From positions 215,202,001-215,266,000 of the forward strand of contig OZ024741.1 of assembly GCA_964016885.1 (NCBI GenBank): 64,000 bases of DNA. Direction: 5' to 3'. The position numbers and the translations under genes are program-made. The notes beneath the pieces were generated by a model, which searched no databases, was not told the origin of the DNA, and saw only the letters and a program-made list of their open reading frames with translations. Positions within the stretch are counted from its first letter, which is position 1; each line of letters begins with the position of its first letter. This DNA comes from Eledone cirrhosa (taxonomy: Eukaryota). Of the stretch, positions 1-15,002 are shown piece after piece.

Positions 1-41
<41 letters not shown>

Positions 42-188
42 GTTCATTCTACTGACATGGCTTTAAAAATGAGGTTGTTTGCATAATTGCAAACGAAGCG
101 AATATTATTATTAATATTAACTCAGATTACATTTATTGTATTCAGTTATGCAGAGCGATAATGTTTAAAAAAAAAAAAAAAAAAAAAA

Positions 189-266
<78 letters not shown>

Positions 267-389
267 CCTTTATATATATATATAAAGGGAAAAAACGAAA
301 AAATATCTAACAGAAATATCCTCTTATAAAAAGTAAAAGACAGGCATAATAACTAAACAAATATTGACGATATATAAATTAATAAAGCA

Positions 390-770
390 ACCGACCAAAC
401 AGTGGAGTATGCAGCTACCTCTTAGAAGGTTCTGTATTTCACATCAAAGAGGAACCTATTTCCAAAATTAAAAACGTCTTCTCGCATAACTCATACAATT
501 CAATATATACAACATGTAATGTTTGCCATGAACACTACATTAGGCAAACAGCTGTGACACGCCGACATCCCGTCAAAGGACGGCAGCAAGCCGTTAAACA
601 TTCGAGAACAGTACACTAGAAAAATCGCCTTGACTCAACATATGGAGTGTTGCAGGGAACGAAACAAGCTAAATTTCAATTTCCTATTATTCTAACCAAG
701 CAGCTAATAGACATAAGAACAACAACACATTTATAAGGAAATGTACTGTAAAACTGAATAGAAACCAAAT
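390..770 (+). mobile_element. Degenerate Penelope-like (Neptune-type) GIY-YIG endonuclease relic
   Basis: Translates as RPNSGVCSYLLEGSVF...NSIYTTCNVCHEHYIRQT, colinear with the intact copy at 31066-31512 (RPNCGICINLIEGSEF...NLIYVLTCSGCLEQYIGQT); frameshifted downstream. Confidence 0.6.
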
Positions 771-1115
771 CAAAATCTCGTTGTACAAACCAGTTGTACC
801 CTTCTCATACAAAAGACAGAAGCGAAACACAAGAGCGTATATTCAACACAAGCAAAAATCAAAATGAAAAGTTGATATGCTATTCACGGCGAAATCGCTT
901 AGTACGAAATATAATTAAATAATCATAGCTTTTCTGAAAATGCACCAATATTTTTAGAAAAAGATAGTAATTTTGCGTAAACTAATTTCTCTTCGTTGTG
1001 TACTACAAAATTGCATGAATATATGAAAAACACCATTAGTTGCATCTTTAAGTTTTTATTATTTCCCACTCATAAGTATATTGTAGATAAATATATAGTG
1101 TATATTTTCATATAT

Positions 1116-1301
<186 letters not shown>

Positions 1302-1697
1302 ACTGCAGCGATCGGACGTGTGTCTCTCTCCTTCCTCTCGACCACTCAGTCTTGAACTTAAGTTCTCTTATCGAGTGGTCTTGGATTTCCTACCTATAGT
1401 TGCTCGCATATTTTGGTTTGTTGTTGTTTTTTCGCTGTTTTGTTACTGTTTTCTCTTTTGTTCCCCTTTGCTCCTTTTTCCGTTTTCCCAATAACTTACC
1501 CAGTTATTGAACGGCCTGGGGCGAGGTTTATTGTCTTTAAAGCGTAGAAATATCCGAGACCCCCAGTAGACAACTGATGAGGAACCCCCCTCTCCGTTCT
1601 TGCTTTCTTCGTATTCCCACTGCATTTTAAGTAACCTTAAATAGCAACTACACAGCCATTTCTATTCTCCAAATATTTCATCATTATATATATATAT

Positions 1698-2276
<579 letters not shown>

Positions 2277-2279
2277 CGT

Positions 2280-2655
2280 ATATATGTACGTACGTATTGT
2301 ATATTTCATAATATACTGCATGTCTATTTAAAAACATTTTGAAGGCCTTTCGCTATGAATGTTAGGTAGTGAATATTGTCACGTACCTAGCTTCAGCAAA
2401 AACAAAGGGAAATAGCTGACGATCGTTTCTCACTGTTTAGTGGTTATGAAGGCTATACATCATTTTGCCTTTGTTGTGAGCTGTAGAAACTGGATTCTTA
2501 TAGAACACCAATTATGTTTATGAGCTGTTTAAACTCATCAACATACCGAGCGGTTGCCGGCCCAGCAACAAATAGAAATTTGTGATGGAGCTTGAAATAG
2601 CGATGTATATATGAATGTGCGTATTGTATATTTTATAATATACTGTATGTTTATT
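2280..2655 (-). mobile_element. PLE terminal-repeat unit with ~50-bp terminal direct repeat and decayed hammerhead
   Basis: 2280-2330 is repeated at ~2607-2655. Minus strand reads GAAA-CGATCG-TC-AGCTAT at ~2413-2430. Homologous to 47570-48110. Confidence 0.55.
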
Positions 2656-2879
2656 GCTTCACAATTTCAGTGGGTATACGATGCTTTGAAAGCCAGCAGT
2701 AGTCAACCGAAGACACTCACTCATGCAGCAATTACAATTGCCCAATACACAATGACAATATGAGCAAGTGCAAAGTTGATAGGCTGCCTCTCCCTGTTAA
2801 ACAATCTAGACCATTCATCATTAAATTACGACATTTTCTGAGCCACGGCTCATTACAGGCGCGGACGGAGGTTCAATAT

Positions 2880-2935
2880 TGGCGGTGCCCCAGCATGGCC
2901 TCAACCTTTCGGCCGTAACACGTTGTAGAATAATA
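2880..2935 (+). mobile_element. LINE/SINE 3-prime tail fragment
   Basis: GGCGGTGCCCCAGCATGGCCTCA is identical to the 3-prime end of the CR1-type LINE at ~39872-39894. Confidence 0.6.
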
Positions 2936-3693
2936 CAGTAATGTGGACGTTGTTGTAAACTGGTGTAGGGAGGATATTACCAAGGGAGGTTATTACAGCT
3001 AAATCAGCCAAATGTATAAACGTGGAATTGAGGCTCTGGCACACCAATGGCAACAGAGAATAGAATAGGATGAGATATGTTTTAATGAATAAACAATTCT
3101 TTTGTGTAATTTGTTTGAAATATTAATTAAAGCATTAAATTAAAAAAACCCGTTTAATTCAACCTTTAACATACATACACATATACACACATACATACAT
3201 TCATGCATACATGCATACATATCTACCTAGTTATCGAGTATGGCCATTGCACGATAAAACATTATTAATAATTATTAATCCTATTTTGCAATGCCTGATT
3301 TTTTAAAAAGTGAAGCAAGACTGTGCACTGAGCCAATCCCACTCTCTGAGCGACAGTAGCTATAACCTGAAAAGAAGAAAAGATCAACATCATCGGTAAC
3401 TACTGAGCCGCAGGTTATAAGTCGGAGTTATCCCAGGTTCCTGAGTTACCTTCTCCTAGAAGAATAACCTGAAATAAATACATACATACATACATACATA
3501 CATACATACATACATACATACATACACGCGCTGTTTTTTGTGCTTGTGTCTAGGTGTAAGTATGTTATTGAATAATATCGCTGTTAACACTTCCCTCGTT
3601 GAAGAATTCATAACATATACATCCATTTACAAGCACATGCACATACACACGCACGCATGCACACATATTTCAGGAAATAAATTACATACATGA

Positions 3694-3777
<84 letters not shown>

Positions 3778-3785
3778 GGGGAGTC

Positions 3786-3833
<48 letters not shown>

Positions 3834-3936
3834 TGCGGTGTTGAAACCGAGGAGACCATTAATCTTGGGAGTACTCAATGGACGGGGAAATGCAGATTGA
3901 CTATAGAGATATGTATGTATTCACACACACACACAT

Positions 3937-3974
<38 letters not shown>

Positions 3975-4497
3975 TACATATAAATATATATCAGGAAATA
4001 GCTACATACACGTAGAATATATATATAGGTGTAGATGATTGTTTGCACGAAACAAACAATCACACATACAACAACAACACTGACAAAAAAAAGGCCATAA
4101 CACATCTACCGTCACTAAATCAACTAAAGCTAAAATATACACCATATAACCTCTTTGAATAAATCCAATTATCTAGCCGCTAAACATCAAACAGATTCAC
4201 TCTATAGACCGTGAACGCGTCGCCATTGAACCTGAACATTTAAAGGATTTCTCTAATAATCCATCTTTGCATAGTTTCGTTTTATGACTAGGACTCTGCC
4301 ACTTCTTTGCCTGTCATACGACTTTCGAAATCGATTTTCAAACACAACCTATACACACGTCCTCACACACGTTCTTACGTTTGTTTATATATACATAGAT
4401 ACACAGATATATATATATTCTTATATCATATATATGCGAAGTCACACTCACGTGAACACGTACATATACCTGCATGTGTACATTTACCCCCCCCCCC

Positions 4498-4543
<46 letters not shown>

Positions 4544-4650
4544 CTATATATATATATATAACCATGTACACACACACAAACACGTATATACAAAGTTATA
4601 TATATATATATATAAATACATACATATATATATATATTTATATATATATA

Positions 4651-4862
4651 CGATCGACTTTCGTCAAATCGGACCGAGGAAACAATGTTTCCGTTGGTCT
4701 TTCCAATTGCTAATACTATCTATCGGTCGCAACTCCAGGTAGTAAGAGCAGCGTTAAATAAAGTGTCTTGCTCAAGGACATAACGCATCACCCGGTCCAG
4801 GAATCGAACTCACAACCTCAATATTGTGAATTCAATTCTCTAACCACTCAGCCACACGCCTT

Positions 4863-4863
<1 letters not shown>
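4651..4863 (-). mobile_element. tRNA-derived SINE, family A (CORE-like body)
   Basis: Minus strand has A box TGGCTGAGTGG, B box GTTCGATTCC, then GTCCTTGAGCAAGACACTTT. Further copies at 5549-5760 and 27713-27908. Confidence 0.85.
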
Positions 4864-4895
<32 letters not shown>

Positions 4896-5434
4896 GTATA
4901 TGTATGATATATATATGCATATTCATAAGTATACACATACACACATAAATATATATATATATATGTGTGTGTGTTTATCAATCTACCACACTCGTTCGTT
5001 CCAGTGACATCTTGGTCAAGGCCATTCTAACCAATTGCTATTTATAGCACGATTTCACAGTTGAGCTCGTCTTTCAACACCAGCTGATGTATCTAGTAGT
5101 CCCTCAGTCCTATGTAGCTGCTTTTTGAAGCTACATGTGTTAATGGTTGGTGGCTTCCAAAGACAATCTTATGGAAGTAAGTTCGATACCTAGTGGTGTA
5201 ACTGACTGTCTGTGAATGTTCATGTGTGTGTGTGTGTGTATATATATATATACACACACACATATATATATGTATGTTTGTGTGTTTGTATACATCATAT
5301 ATATATATATATACACACATATATATATGTATGTATGTTTGTGTGTTTGTATACATCATATATATATATATATATATATATGATGTATACAAACACACAA
5401 ACATACATACATATATATATGTGTGTATATATAT

Positions 5435-5488
<54 letters not shown>

Positions 5489-5548
5489 TATTTACTTACC
5501 TTCATACACGGTTTTCGCTTCTCCTTTTCACATCTACGCATCGACATC

Positions 5549-5760
5549 AATCGACTTTCGTTAAATCAGACCGAGGAAGCAATGTTTCCGTTGGTGTTTA
5601 CAATTGCTAATACTATCTATCGGTCGCAACTCCAGGTAGAAAGAACAACGTGAAATAAAGTGTCTTGCTCAAGGACATAACACATCGCCCCGTCCAGGAA
5701 TCGAGGTCACAACCTCATGATGCGAATCCAATTCTCTAACCACTCAGCTACGCGCCTTCA
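5549..5760 (-). mobile_element. tRNA-derived SINE, family A
   Basis: Aligns over its length with 4651-4863. Confidence 0.85.
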
Positions 5761-5967
5761 CTACGCATATTGTTACATATACATATACCTATATATTTAT
5801 ATATATATATATGTGTGTGTGTGTCAATGCTTATACATATGTGTGTGTAATCTTTGGGAGTAAAATAAGAAGCGTATATGTGTTTGTGTATGTAGATGTA
5901 CCTGAATGTGTAAGTCAACGGATGTAAGAGTAAGAGAACAAAGGCTGAGGGTGTACGTGTGCATTTC

Positions 5968-6005
<38 letters not shown>

Positions 6006-6675
6006 GAGAGAGAGAGAAAGAGAAAGAGAGAGAGGGAGAAAGAGAGAAAGCAACATTCTTTGATAAAGAGAAAGAGCGAAGGACATAGTGTAAAGATTGT
6101 CAGAAAGACTAGTGTGTGTGTGTATATATTAACGAATAGGTGTATATATCTGGATGTGTGTGAATGTTTGTGTGTATGTCTATTTAGATAAAACGAGAGA
6201 TGTAAGTGCCTATATGTAGTGTATGTGTAAATATGTGAATGTATATATGTGTATATATAAATACACATGAGTTTACGTGTAAATCTATGCATATGTAAAT
6301 GTATAACTCGGAATGTATGAGTTTATATGTGAGCGTATGTAAGTGGATATGTGAATGCGTATACGTGTATATGTAAATAAACATGAGTCTACGTGTAAAT
6401 ATATGTATATGTATATCTATGAATATATGTGTATTTATGTGAGCATGGGCGTGTGGATATGTGAATGCAGAAATGTGAATGTGAGTGTATACGTGTGGGT
6501 TATGTAAATCAATATATGGATATGTAAATCAGAATATGTATATGAATGCATGTGTGAGTGTATGTATATGATTATATGATCGTTTACTACCTGTGAATGT
6601 CTGTGTATGTCTATGAGTGTACTCATGTGTGTATGCGAACACACTCACATCTAAATATATGTATTATGTATGTAT

Positions 6676-6735
<60 letters not shown>

Positions 6736-6871
6736 AATCTACCACTCAATGGTAGGGTCTAATCCGTTTGAAGAACTCAATGTAATCCGTATGTAGAAGA
6801 TGTCGTGAAGCAAAGTTTAAAATACAAAAATTTTCAACGATATAATTCAATTGGATACAGAGTCACAATAA

Positions 6872-7290
6872 AAATAGTAAAGCAATGAAATTAAACACAA
6901 AACTGTTAATTCATAGTAAAACTCATTATTTTACGACTGTTTTGGGGAGGTAGTTCCCTGAATGTTCATTCAATTATTGATTTATGTAAAACATATTACA
7001 AAATATCATAGAAAGAAAAAATACATACGTCTTCACTACCCGCCGTCTTCAGAAATAATTGTTTCTACTTTTGGCACAAGGCCAGCAATTTCCCATGACA
7101 TTACTGGTACTTTCAGAAATAATGACGGCGGGTAGGGAACACGTATTTTTTCTTACTATGATATTTTGTAATATGTTTTACATAGATCAATAATTGAATG
7201 AACATGCAGGGAACTACCCCCCAGAAACGGTCGTAAAATAATGAGTTTTACTATGAACTAACAGTTTTGTGTTTAATTTCATTGTTTTAA

Positions 7291-7296
<6 letters not shown>
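6872..7296. mobile_element. Fold-back PLE terminal repeat with long-stem-II hammerhead, interrupted at its axis by a SINE tail
   Basis: 6872-7047 is inverted at 7124-7296. SINE-B tail 7060-7111 is flanked by a 12-bp direct repeat TTCAGAAATAAT (7048-7059, 7112-7123). Confidence 0.75.
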
Positions 7297-7325
<29 letters not shown>

Positions 7326-8690
7326 ATAATAATAAATGTGATGACTAAAATCCAAAAGGGCTCGATAAGGATAAATATATATCAAATATATAAGAACCCT
7401 AGAGCAAATATTTATTAAAATAACAGATTAAGGTTTAAGCAAAGAATCGCTGCTTTCACCCTTAACGGGATCTTCTGAAACTAATAAAATCAATCTGTGA
7501 ACGCAGAAGTAAATATTTCAAAAAACGTTGCAACCGAAGAAAAACAGGAAGACGATACTTTGGTACGTGAAGACGTTCCCTACCAATGAACGGAAACAAT
7601 CGAAGATAATACGTCGTTATGTGGTGTGTGAGAACAATTACACACAAAGACAAAACCACGTTAATGGTATAAATAGAGTCATTAGACTAATATTATATTT
7701 AGGAAACCGAATGATTCTCGGCTTCAGAATTAAGAATAATGTAAATAAATTAGTTGAACGAAAATGACAGAGCGTATTAAAATCATAAAATTTATAATAA
7801 ATAAGCACATCTATATACATACATGTGCATAAGCGAAAACACACGACACGGCACATGCATATACATGCACGTACACATAAACACGCGCACACCTGCGTAA
7901 ACCCCCGCGACATATGTACCCGCATACATACGAACGTATACACTAAATACACATATAAACATATATGTGTGAGTGTGTCTATCCATATAATTATATAAAC
8001 GAATATAACTCCGAAGCCGAGAATCATCTATTTGCACGTAAATATATAATTCATTTTTAATATACAAATGTCTTCTACAAAACTAGAACTGTTCCATTCG
8101 AAAGAAACCATCAATTCACCCCGATTGTAATCGGGACTCACACATACACACACATATATATATACATATATACATGTATATATGTATATATATATAAATA
8201 TATGTGTGTGTGCATCTGTATGTGAATCTATGTGTACTTATCTGTGTGTATAACCACACATTCAAATGTTCAAATTTTTCCAATATATTTTTATCAATTC
8301 TTTTTTTTCTTTCTTTTATTAAATAATTTTATGAATTTTTATAATTTTTTTATTTTTCAATTTATATTTCATTATTTTTATTCTGTTATCATCTCTATCG
8401 ATTTCTCTTGTAAATTCACGTTCCACGTGCCTTGAAACTGCTTGTGTATAATAACCAATTCATTTGTTCTTCGTTTCCTTTATATATAATTCTGTAAATT
8501 CATTCTTTGCCAAGCACGAAAGCAGAAGAATTATTCCATTTTCTTCAACTTTGAAAAACGTTTTTTTTTAATTATTATTTTGTCCTCACTGATTGGTCTG
8601 TTATCATTGTTATCATAATAGGAACACAAGAATTTGACCGACCTTTTTTCCTGGCAAATAATGTTAGAAGGTCTACTGGTACATTTGGAC

Positions 8691-8797
8691 GTTCTTGTAG
8701 TTCTGCAGTAATTATTCTAAAATTGGAATGATATTGAGCAGATTAGAAGGGCCCCTGCGTAAGGATGACACGCAAATTCATGAAGGCTTCATAATTT
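8691..8797 (+). pseudogene. U6: U6 snRNA-like copy, degenerate (probable pseudogene)
   Basis: CTAAAATTGGAATGATATTGAGCAGATTAGAAGGGCCCCTGCGTAAGGATGACACGCAAATTCATGAAG matches U6 and the copy is full length (~107 nt). The ACAGAGA box reads ATTGAGC and the AGC triad reads AGA. Confidence 0.9.
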
Positions 8798-8935
8798 GAT
8801 GTCAAACTCTGCCTGCGTATAAAAATAAATTTAATAGTTTTATTTATATATATGTATATATATTTAATTTTAATATATAATATTGCTAATCTAAGAGATT
8901 TCTTTAGTGACTTTAATTAATATAGATATATATTA

Positions 8936-8981
<46 letters not shown>

Positions 8982-8983
8982 AT

Positions 8984-9169
8984 AATTGTTTCTACTTTGG
9001 GCACAAGGCCAGCAATTATCCCAGGCATTACTGGTACTATATTTTATCGCCATCGAAAGGATGAAAGGCAAAGTTGACCTCGGCGTGATTTGAACTCAGA
9101 GAGTGAGAGAGCAGGAACGAATACCGTAAAGCATTCTATCCGTCGTTCTAACGACTTTGCCAATTCGCC
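8984..9169 (-). mobile_element. tRNA-derived SINE, family B (Nin/Deu-like central domain)
   Basis: Minus strand GAGTTCAAATCACGCCGAGGTCAACTTTGCCTTTCATCCTTTCG..GATAAAAT..GTACCAGT..GGCCTTGTGCC..AGTAGAAACAAT. Other copies or fragments at 15790-15880, 33617-33880, 43545-43718, 47020-47167, 59440-59735. Confidence 0.85.
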
Positions 9170-9792
9170 ATAATGCGTTGGTGTGTCTCACGTAATATGT
9201 TCACATGTTTAGAGTACACAATTCACTAAACATACATATCATGTGTGTGTGTATATATATGTACAAATGGAAGTTTAGTAAAATCGAAGTTTTGGCTGTG
9301 GCCAAGCTAACGATACACAATCAGGAATGTGCAGCAAAGCACTCGATAAGGTTGTGTCACCTTAGAGTAATAACATACGTTAGAAAGCTTGACAAATTGA
9401 AGACTGTTACCGGTGACCAAGCCACACGAACCAAAACAACAAGAAAACCAACTCGATATATACACAGATTTTAACATCTAATATTAAGTAAGATGTGGGC
9501 GTCTTATACAAGGGAAAATACGGTGTCTATTATATTATAGCTTATTATATTAAAGTATGTTTTGTGTAAGCTGTCGGTAACAATGGAAACGGGATAGTTA
9601 GTGTTTTTGGGTTATTTTAAAAAACTTCAGTCGATTCTACGATTTGTATGTAACTAAGCATAACTTATAGATAATACATTTTAAAATGTCTTCTTTGATA
9701 TTTGTGGTTGTTTCTAATTAAATCATGGAATTTTTACGGGATCAGCTATTAAAAACAAAAACGTGACATGTCATGTTTTCTGTTTGTTTATT

Positions 9793-10935
9793 TTAATTGT
9801 TGGTGCATCTATAATAAAGCGAAATAAATATACCGATGGCTACCAGAAAGGAAGCGGCAAAAGAAAATGCTCGCTTTTTCTCTTCGAGTGAAAATTCTAT
9901 CTGCATATTACTATTTATATTTTGAGATATTTGTTGCCGTTTGTGCTGACATCTTCTGGTCTTTTTTGATACATTCATATAAGGGATAGTGGTGTTGGTA
10001 TAGGAGGAGTCCCGTGAACTACAATATACAATTCCCGGCTTCATAGGAGAATAGATATTAGGACAGACACAACAGTTGTTAGTTGTTGCATGAAATGACT
10101 CAAACATTGCTAGCAATTGTTCCATATCTTCAGACTCTCTATTATTATACATTACACATCCTTTCTCTGCTCCGTACTCTTGTTCTTTTTCACAAAAGCA
10201 AGCCGGCTTCGGTCTGTTTTCTTGCCTGAACGTGTCCCTATCAACATGTATATTACTAAATTTATTATCCATAGACGTCGTTTCATCTTCTTCTATACTC
10301 TCCATTAATGGAGTTCTTTTTGTTTCCAGTTCCTCAGCAGCTGGTGCACATTGAAGGATATTCCAAAATTTGGAATCCAATGCATTACTGGTCATATCTG
10401 AATGCATTTTTTTAATCGAGTCTCTTTTACCTTCGACACATGATATATTTTTCTCATCCTCTATATCGCCAAGAAGTATTTTCAATTCTTCCAGGGATTG
10501 ATGCAAAGCAGCATTTTCATCTTCTAATACTCCATTGCGGTGTTTCAATAATTCCTCATTTTTTTTAATCTTCACACTTTTCTGTATTTCTTTTTTTAAT
10601 TTCTCTTCCAAAGTATATATTTCATCGTGTAGCTTATCTCGAAGACATTTCGTGTTATATGCGGACTTGCGATATTCTTCGTGTAAGTTGTCAATGTTTT
10701 CATTCTGATTACTAATGCAAAATTTGGTTTCGGAAGAATCATCCAGATCACTTGATATATCATCGACCTGCTTGTAGTTTAGCAAATCATTTGTGATAGA
10801 TTCCCATGCTTTTTGAACCTTTGTAAGTAGACTCTTTTTCCTTTCTAATTTCTTATAGATCACCCAAATATTTGTCTTTTGAAACTTCTTAACGTTTTCT
10901 GAAGTTTTTTCTTCTCGTTCCAAATAACATTCCAT
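9793..10935 (-). CDS. Hypothetical ~380-aa coiled-coil protein with C-terminal transmembrane anchor (single exon or terminal exon)
   Basis: Only long non-repetitive ORF without transposon motifs. First ATG at 10935. E/K/L-rich heptad-like segment, hydrophobic tail FSFAASFLVAIGIFISLYY followed by RCTNN-stop. AATAAA immediately after the stop (9787-9792, minus). Confidence 0.7.
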   Translation of the reverse strand: MECYLEREEKTSENVKKFQKTNIWVIYKKLERKKSLLTKVQKAWESITNDLLNYKQVDDISSDLDDSSETKFCISNQNENIDNLHEEYRKSAYNTKCLRDKLHDEIYTLEEKLKKEIQKSVKIKKNEELLKHRNGVLEDENAALHQSLEELKILLGDIEDEKNISCVEGKRDSIKKMHSDMTSNALDSKFWNILQCAPAAEELETKRTPLMESIEEDETTSMDNKFSNIHVDRDTFRQENRPKPACFCEKEQEYGAEKGCVMYNNRESEDMEQLLAMFESFHATTNNCCVCPNIYSPMKPGIVYCSSRDSSYTNTTIPYMNVSKKTRRCQHKRQQISQNINSNMQIEFSLEEKKRAFSFAASFLVAIGIFISLYYRCTNN

Positions 10936-11599
10936 ATTGCGAAAAATATATATTTCAATCAATATGTCTATGTTTATATATATTTAAAATCTCACCCTAC
11001 TCACTCTCTTTCTCTGCCCACCTCTCTATCTCTCCCTCTTTCTCTCTCTATCTTTCTCTCTCTCTCTCTCTGGCTTTTGTTAAATGTTTACGTTACATTT
11101 AAACATGTATCACAGCGCATGACACTAAGTCGTAACACTGTAATGGACAATAACATGAGAGTTATGTTGTGATTTCTTTTCCCTTAACAGAAATGAATTT
11201 CGGACGAAACTTGAGAAAATTCGTGAGGAAATTCACTTAGATGCATATATATACATTTGATTTGTAGTATACAGATGTCATGTTCGAATCAATAAGGATA
11301 GTAAATATTTCTATTAAAGAAACATTTGTTGTAATAATCCTTGTACGATAAATATCCTTAATGTTGTCCCCTTAAAGACACATATATATATATATATTTT
11401 TTTTTTCTTGCTTCAAAAATTAAATGAATAAAGTAAAATATTTGACGTGATAAAAATAATGAAATATATTAATAATAATAGTAATGATAACAATGATACA
11501 ATAGCTTGCTTCCGCCTAGGGACAAGGCTATCTGAATTGATATCCCGTCTTGTTTTGCTTACAAAACTAAACAGTAACTGTTTTTGTAATGACGTCATA

Positions 11600-11805
11600 A
11601 AGAATCACGGAAAATAACGAAAGCAAGAACGAGAAACAAGGACGTAAAAAAACTCTACCATAGTTTTGTCATCGGACCTGTAACAGTGGAATGTTCAGGT
11701 GTTCTTGGGCCTCGGAACACATACCCATTTATTACTACTGGGGTGGAGTGGGCCACCCGCAAGTGCGGACAGAGCCAGCTGTAATGGCTATTGAACACGG
11801 GAAGC
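11600..11805 (+). mobile_element. Highly degenerate CRE-like restriction-like endonuclease fragment
   Basis: FVIGPVTVECSGVLGP and MAIEHGK resemble PVAFETFEGVG and LAITPGN of the CRE copy at 24963-25430. Confidence 0.35.
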
Positions 11806-11859
11806 ATATATATAGTGACGAAACATAAGTCAATTGCATGAACTCATAATCCTTTATTT

Positions 11860-11915
11860 ACTGCTATATATATTTCGATGATAGCCATTGAATGGCTATG
11901 ACCTTATAAGGCAGT
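11860..11915 (-). ncRNA. Degenerate type I hammerhead motif
   Basis: ACTGC-CTTATAA-GGTCATAGCCA/TGGCTATCATC-GAAA-TATATA-TA-GCAGT; stems intact, core altered. Confidence 0.55.
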
Positions 11916-12065
11916 TAGTCAGTTCTTAGATATGCCAGCTCTGTGTTGATGGTATCAGAGCCTTGGGACATATATATATATTAATGGACCTGTTATTTCT
12001 ATCTATAGACATTTTTTCCAATTCCACCCCGCCTGTCCCTTCAATCTGTCTAATTTCTCATTCTT

Positions 12066-12101
12066 TCTTCTGATGAAGGACTAGCGTTCGAAACGTTAAG
12101 A
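12066..12101 (+). ncRNA. Minimal type I hammerhead ribozyme motif
   Basis: TCTT-CTGATGA-A-GGAC-TAGC-GTTC-GAAA-CG-TT-AAGA; palindromic stem III (ACGT). Diverged relatives at ~21318-21356 and ~23655-23690. Confidence 0.8.
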
Positions 12102-12182
12102 CCTTCCTCCTGCTATTTAAAGCGTTAACCTAATACATCCATTCCATATGCTTTATGGATTGTGTTGTTATTTCTGTTTACC

Positions 12183-12272
<90 letters not shown>

Positions 12273-12405
12273 TTATATATATATATATATATAAAGTTGG
12301 AGCGGTATTGGTGACCTATAGGAAAGTGTCTAATTTTTTCGCAATGAAAAATTTAATTATATACACAAGGACTCAAGCCACCCTCCTACAGTTTTTAGAA
12401 ACTTT

Positions 12406-13550
<1,145 letters not shown>

Positions 13551-13827
13551 GTAAATTTAAGTACAGCATTGACGAAGCTTTAGAATACGGCCAAGCTAGC
13601 GTATATGCATAATCGGTCTGTTGCTTGAGCACTCGGATGAGGAAAGACCCCCAGAGTAATAACATTACGTTCAGACAGCTTAGCAAATCAGATATAGCGG
13701 TCGGCAGTCAGCCGCACTACTCGAGCAACGAAAATACAGGACCCAGGAAAAGATTTTATACTGACCTGGACATAGCGGTGATGCTGAGTGCAAAATATAT
13801 AACCTACATCGTATATCAACAATATAG

Positions 13828-13861
<34 letters not shown>

Positions 13862-13863
<2 letters not shown>

Positions 13864-14210
13864 TGAGATTCTACAGGACTAGAACTGTTTCATTCTTTAG
13901 AAATATATATATTAATATATGTTTATTTATTTATTTAATATAGAAAGGCTTCTACAGAACTAGTATTTATACTCTGCTTTGTATTGAGTACCTTACTTGC
14001 TGTGGTTACCCCCGATTGAACCCGGAATAATCTTATATATATATTTATGCGTCCTGGGTACAATCTGCGCTAACCACAGGCAATAACTTACTGAATACAT
14101 TAGTAGGGTATAAATATTAAGTTTAATATTTACATAGCTTCTAAATGATTAGAAATTATCATGAAGATTTCTTTTGAATGAAACAATTCTAGGTCTGTAG
14201 AAGCCATTGC
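13862..14210. mobile_element. PLE terminal-repeat fragments in inverted arrangement with decayed hammerhead
   Basis: TTCTACAGGACTAGAACTGTTTCATTC (13869-13895) is inverted near 14176-14203. Relatives at 8070-8135 and 46800-46935. Confidence 0.5.
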
Positions 14211-14217
14211 TATATCA

Positions 14218-14276
<59 letters not shown>

Positions 14277-14374
14277 TATATTTTTATATATATATATATG
14301 TATGCATGTATATACGTATGTATCCATGAGTACATACATACATATATACCCACATAATACTTATATGCCATATT

Positions 14375-14461
<87 letters not shown>

Positions 14462-14719
14462 TAACACATACACGCGCGCACACACACACGCACACATACA
14501 TACATACTCACACACACATATATATGTGTGTGTATATATGTGTGTGTGTGTGTGTGTAAAGTGAGTGGCAATAAAATTCACTCGCTTATAATTCCTTTCA
14601 AACGATCTCTTCCCTATCTGATATTACATCTATAGTCCATTGATTTATCACTAATCCTGTTTACCAATACAACATAGACAGCACATATACACGTATACAT
14701 ATATATATATACATACATA

Positions 14720-14814
<95 letters not shown>

Positions 14815-14952
14815 TATATACATATATATATACATATATATGTATGTATATATATATACATATTTATATATACATATATATGTATGTATATATATATATA
14901 TATATATTATATATATTATATATATATATATAAATATAAATATATATATATA

Positions 14953-15002
<50 letters not shown>

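Noticed and set aside
39-190. Short insert with GTTTGCA/TGCAAAC hairpin and poly(A) tail between TA tracts
   Set aside because: Probably a retroposed 3-prime fragment, but the source is unidentifiable and no hammerhead core is present
13620-13750. Long stem GTTGCTTGAG/CTCGAGCAAC followed by GAAA, suggestive of a hammerhead stem II
   Set aside because: No CUGANGA and no convincing stem I or III; at best a decayed relic
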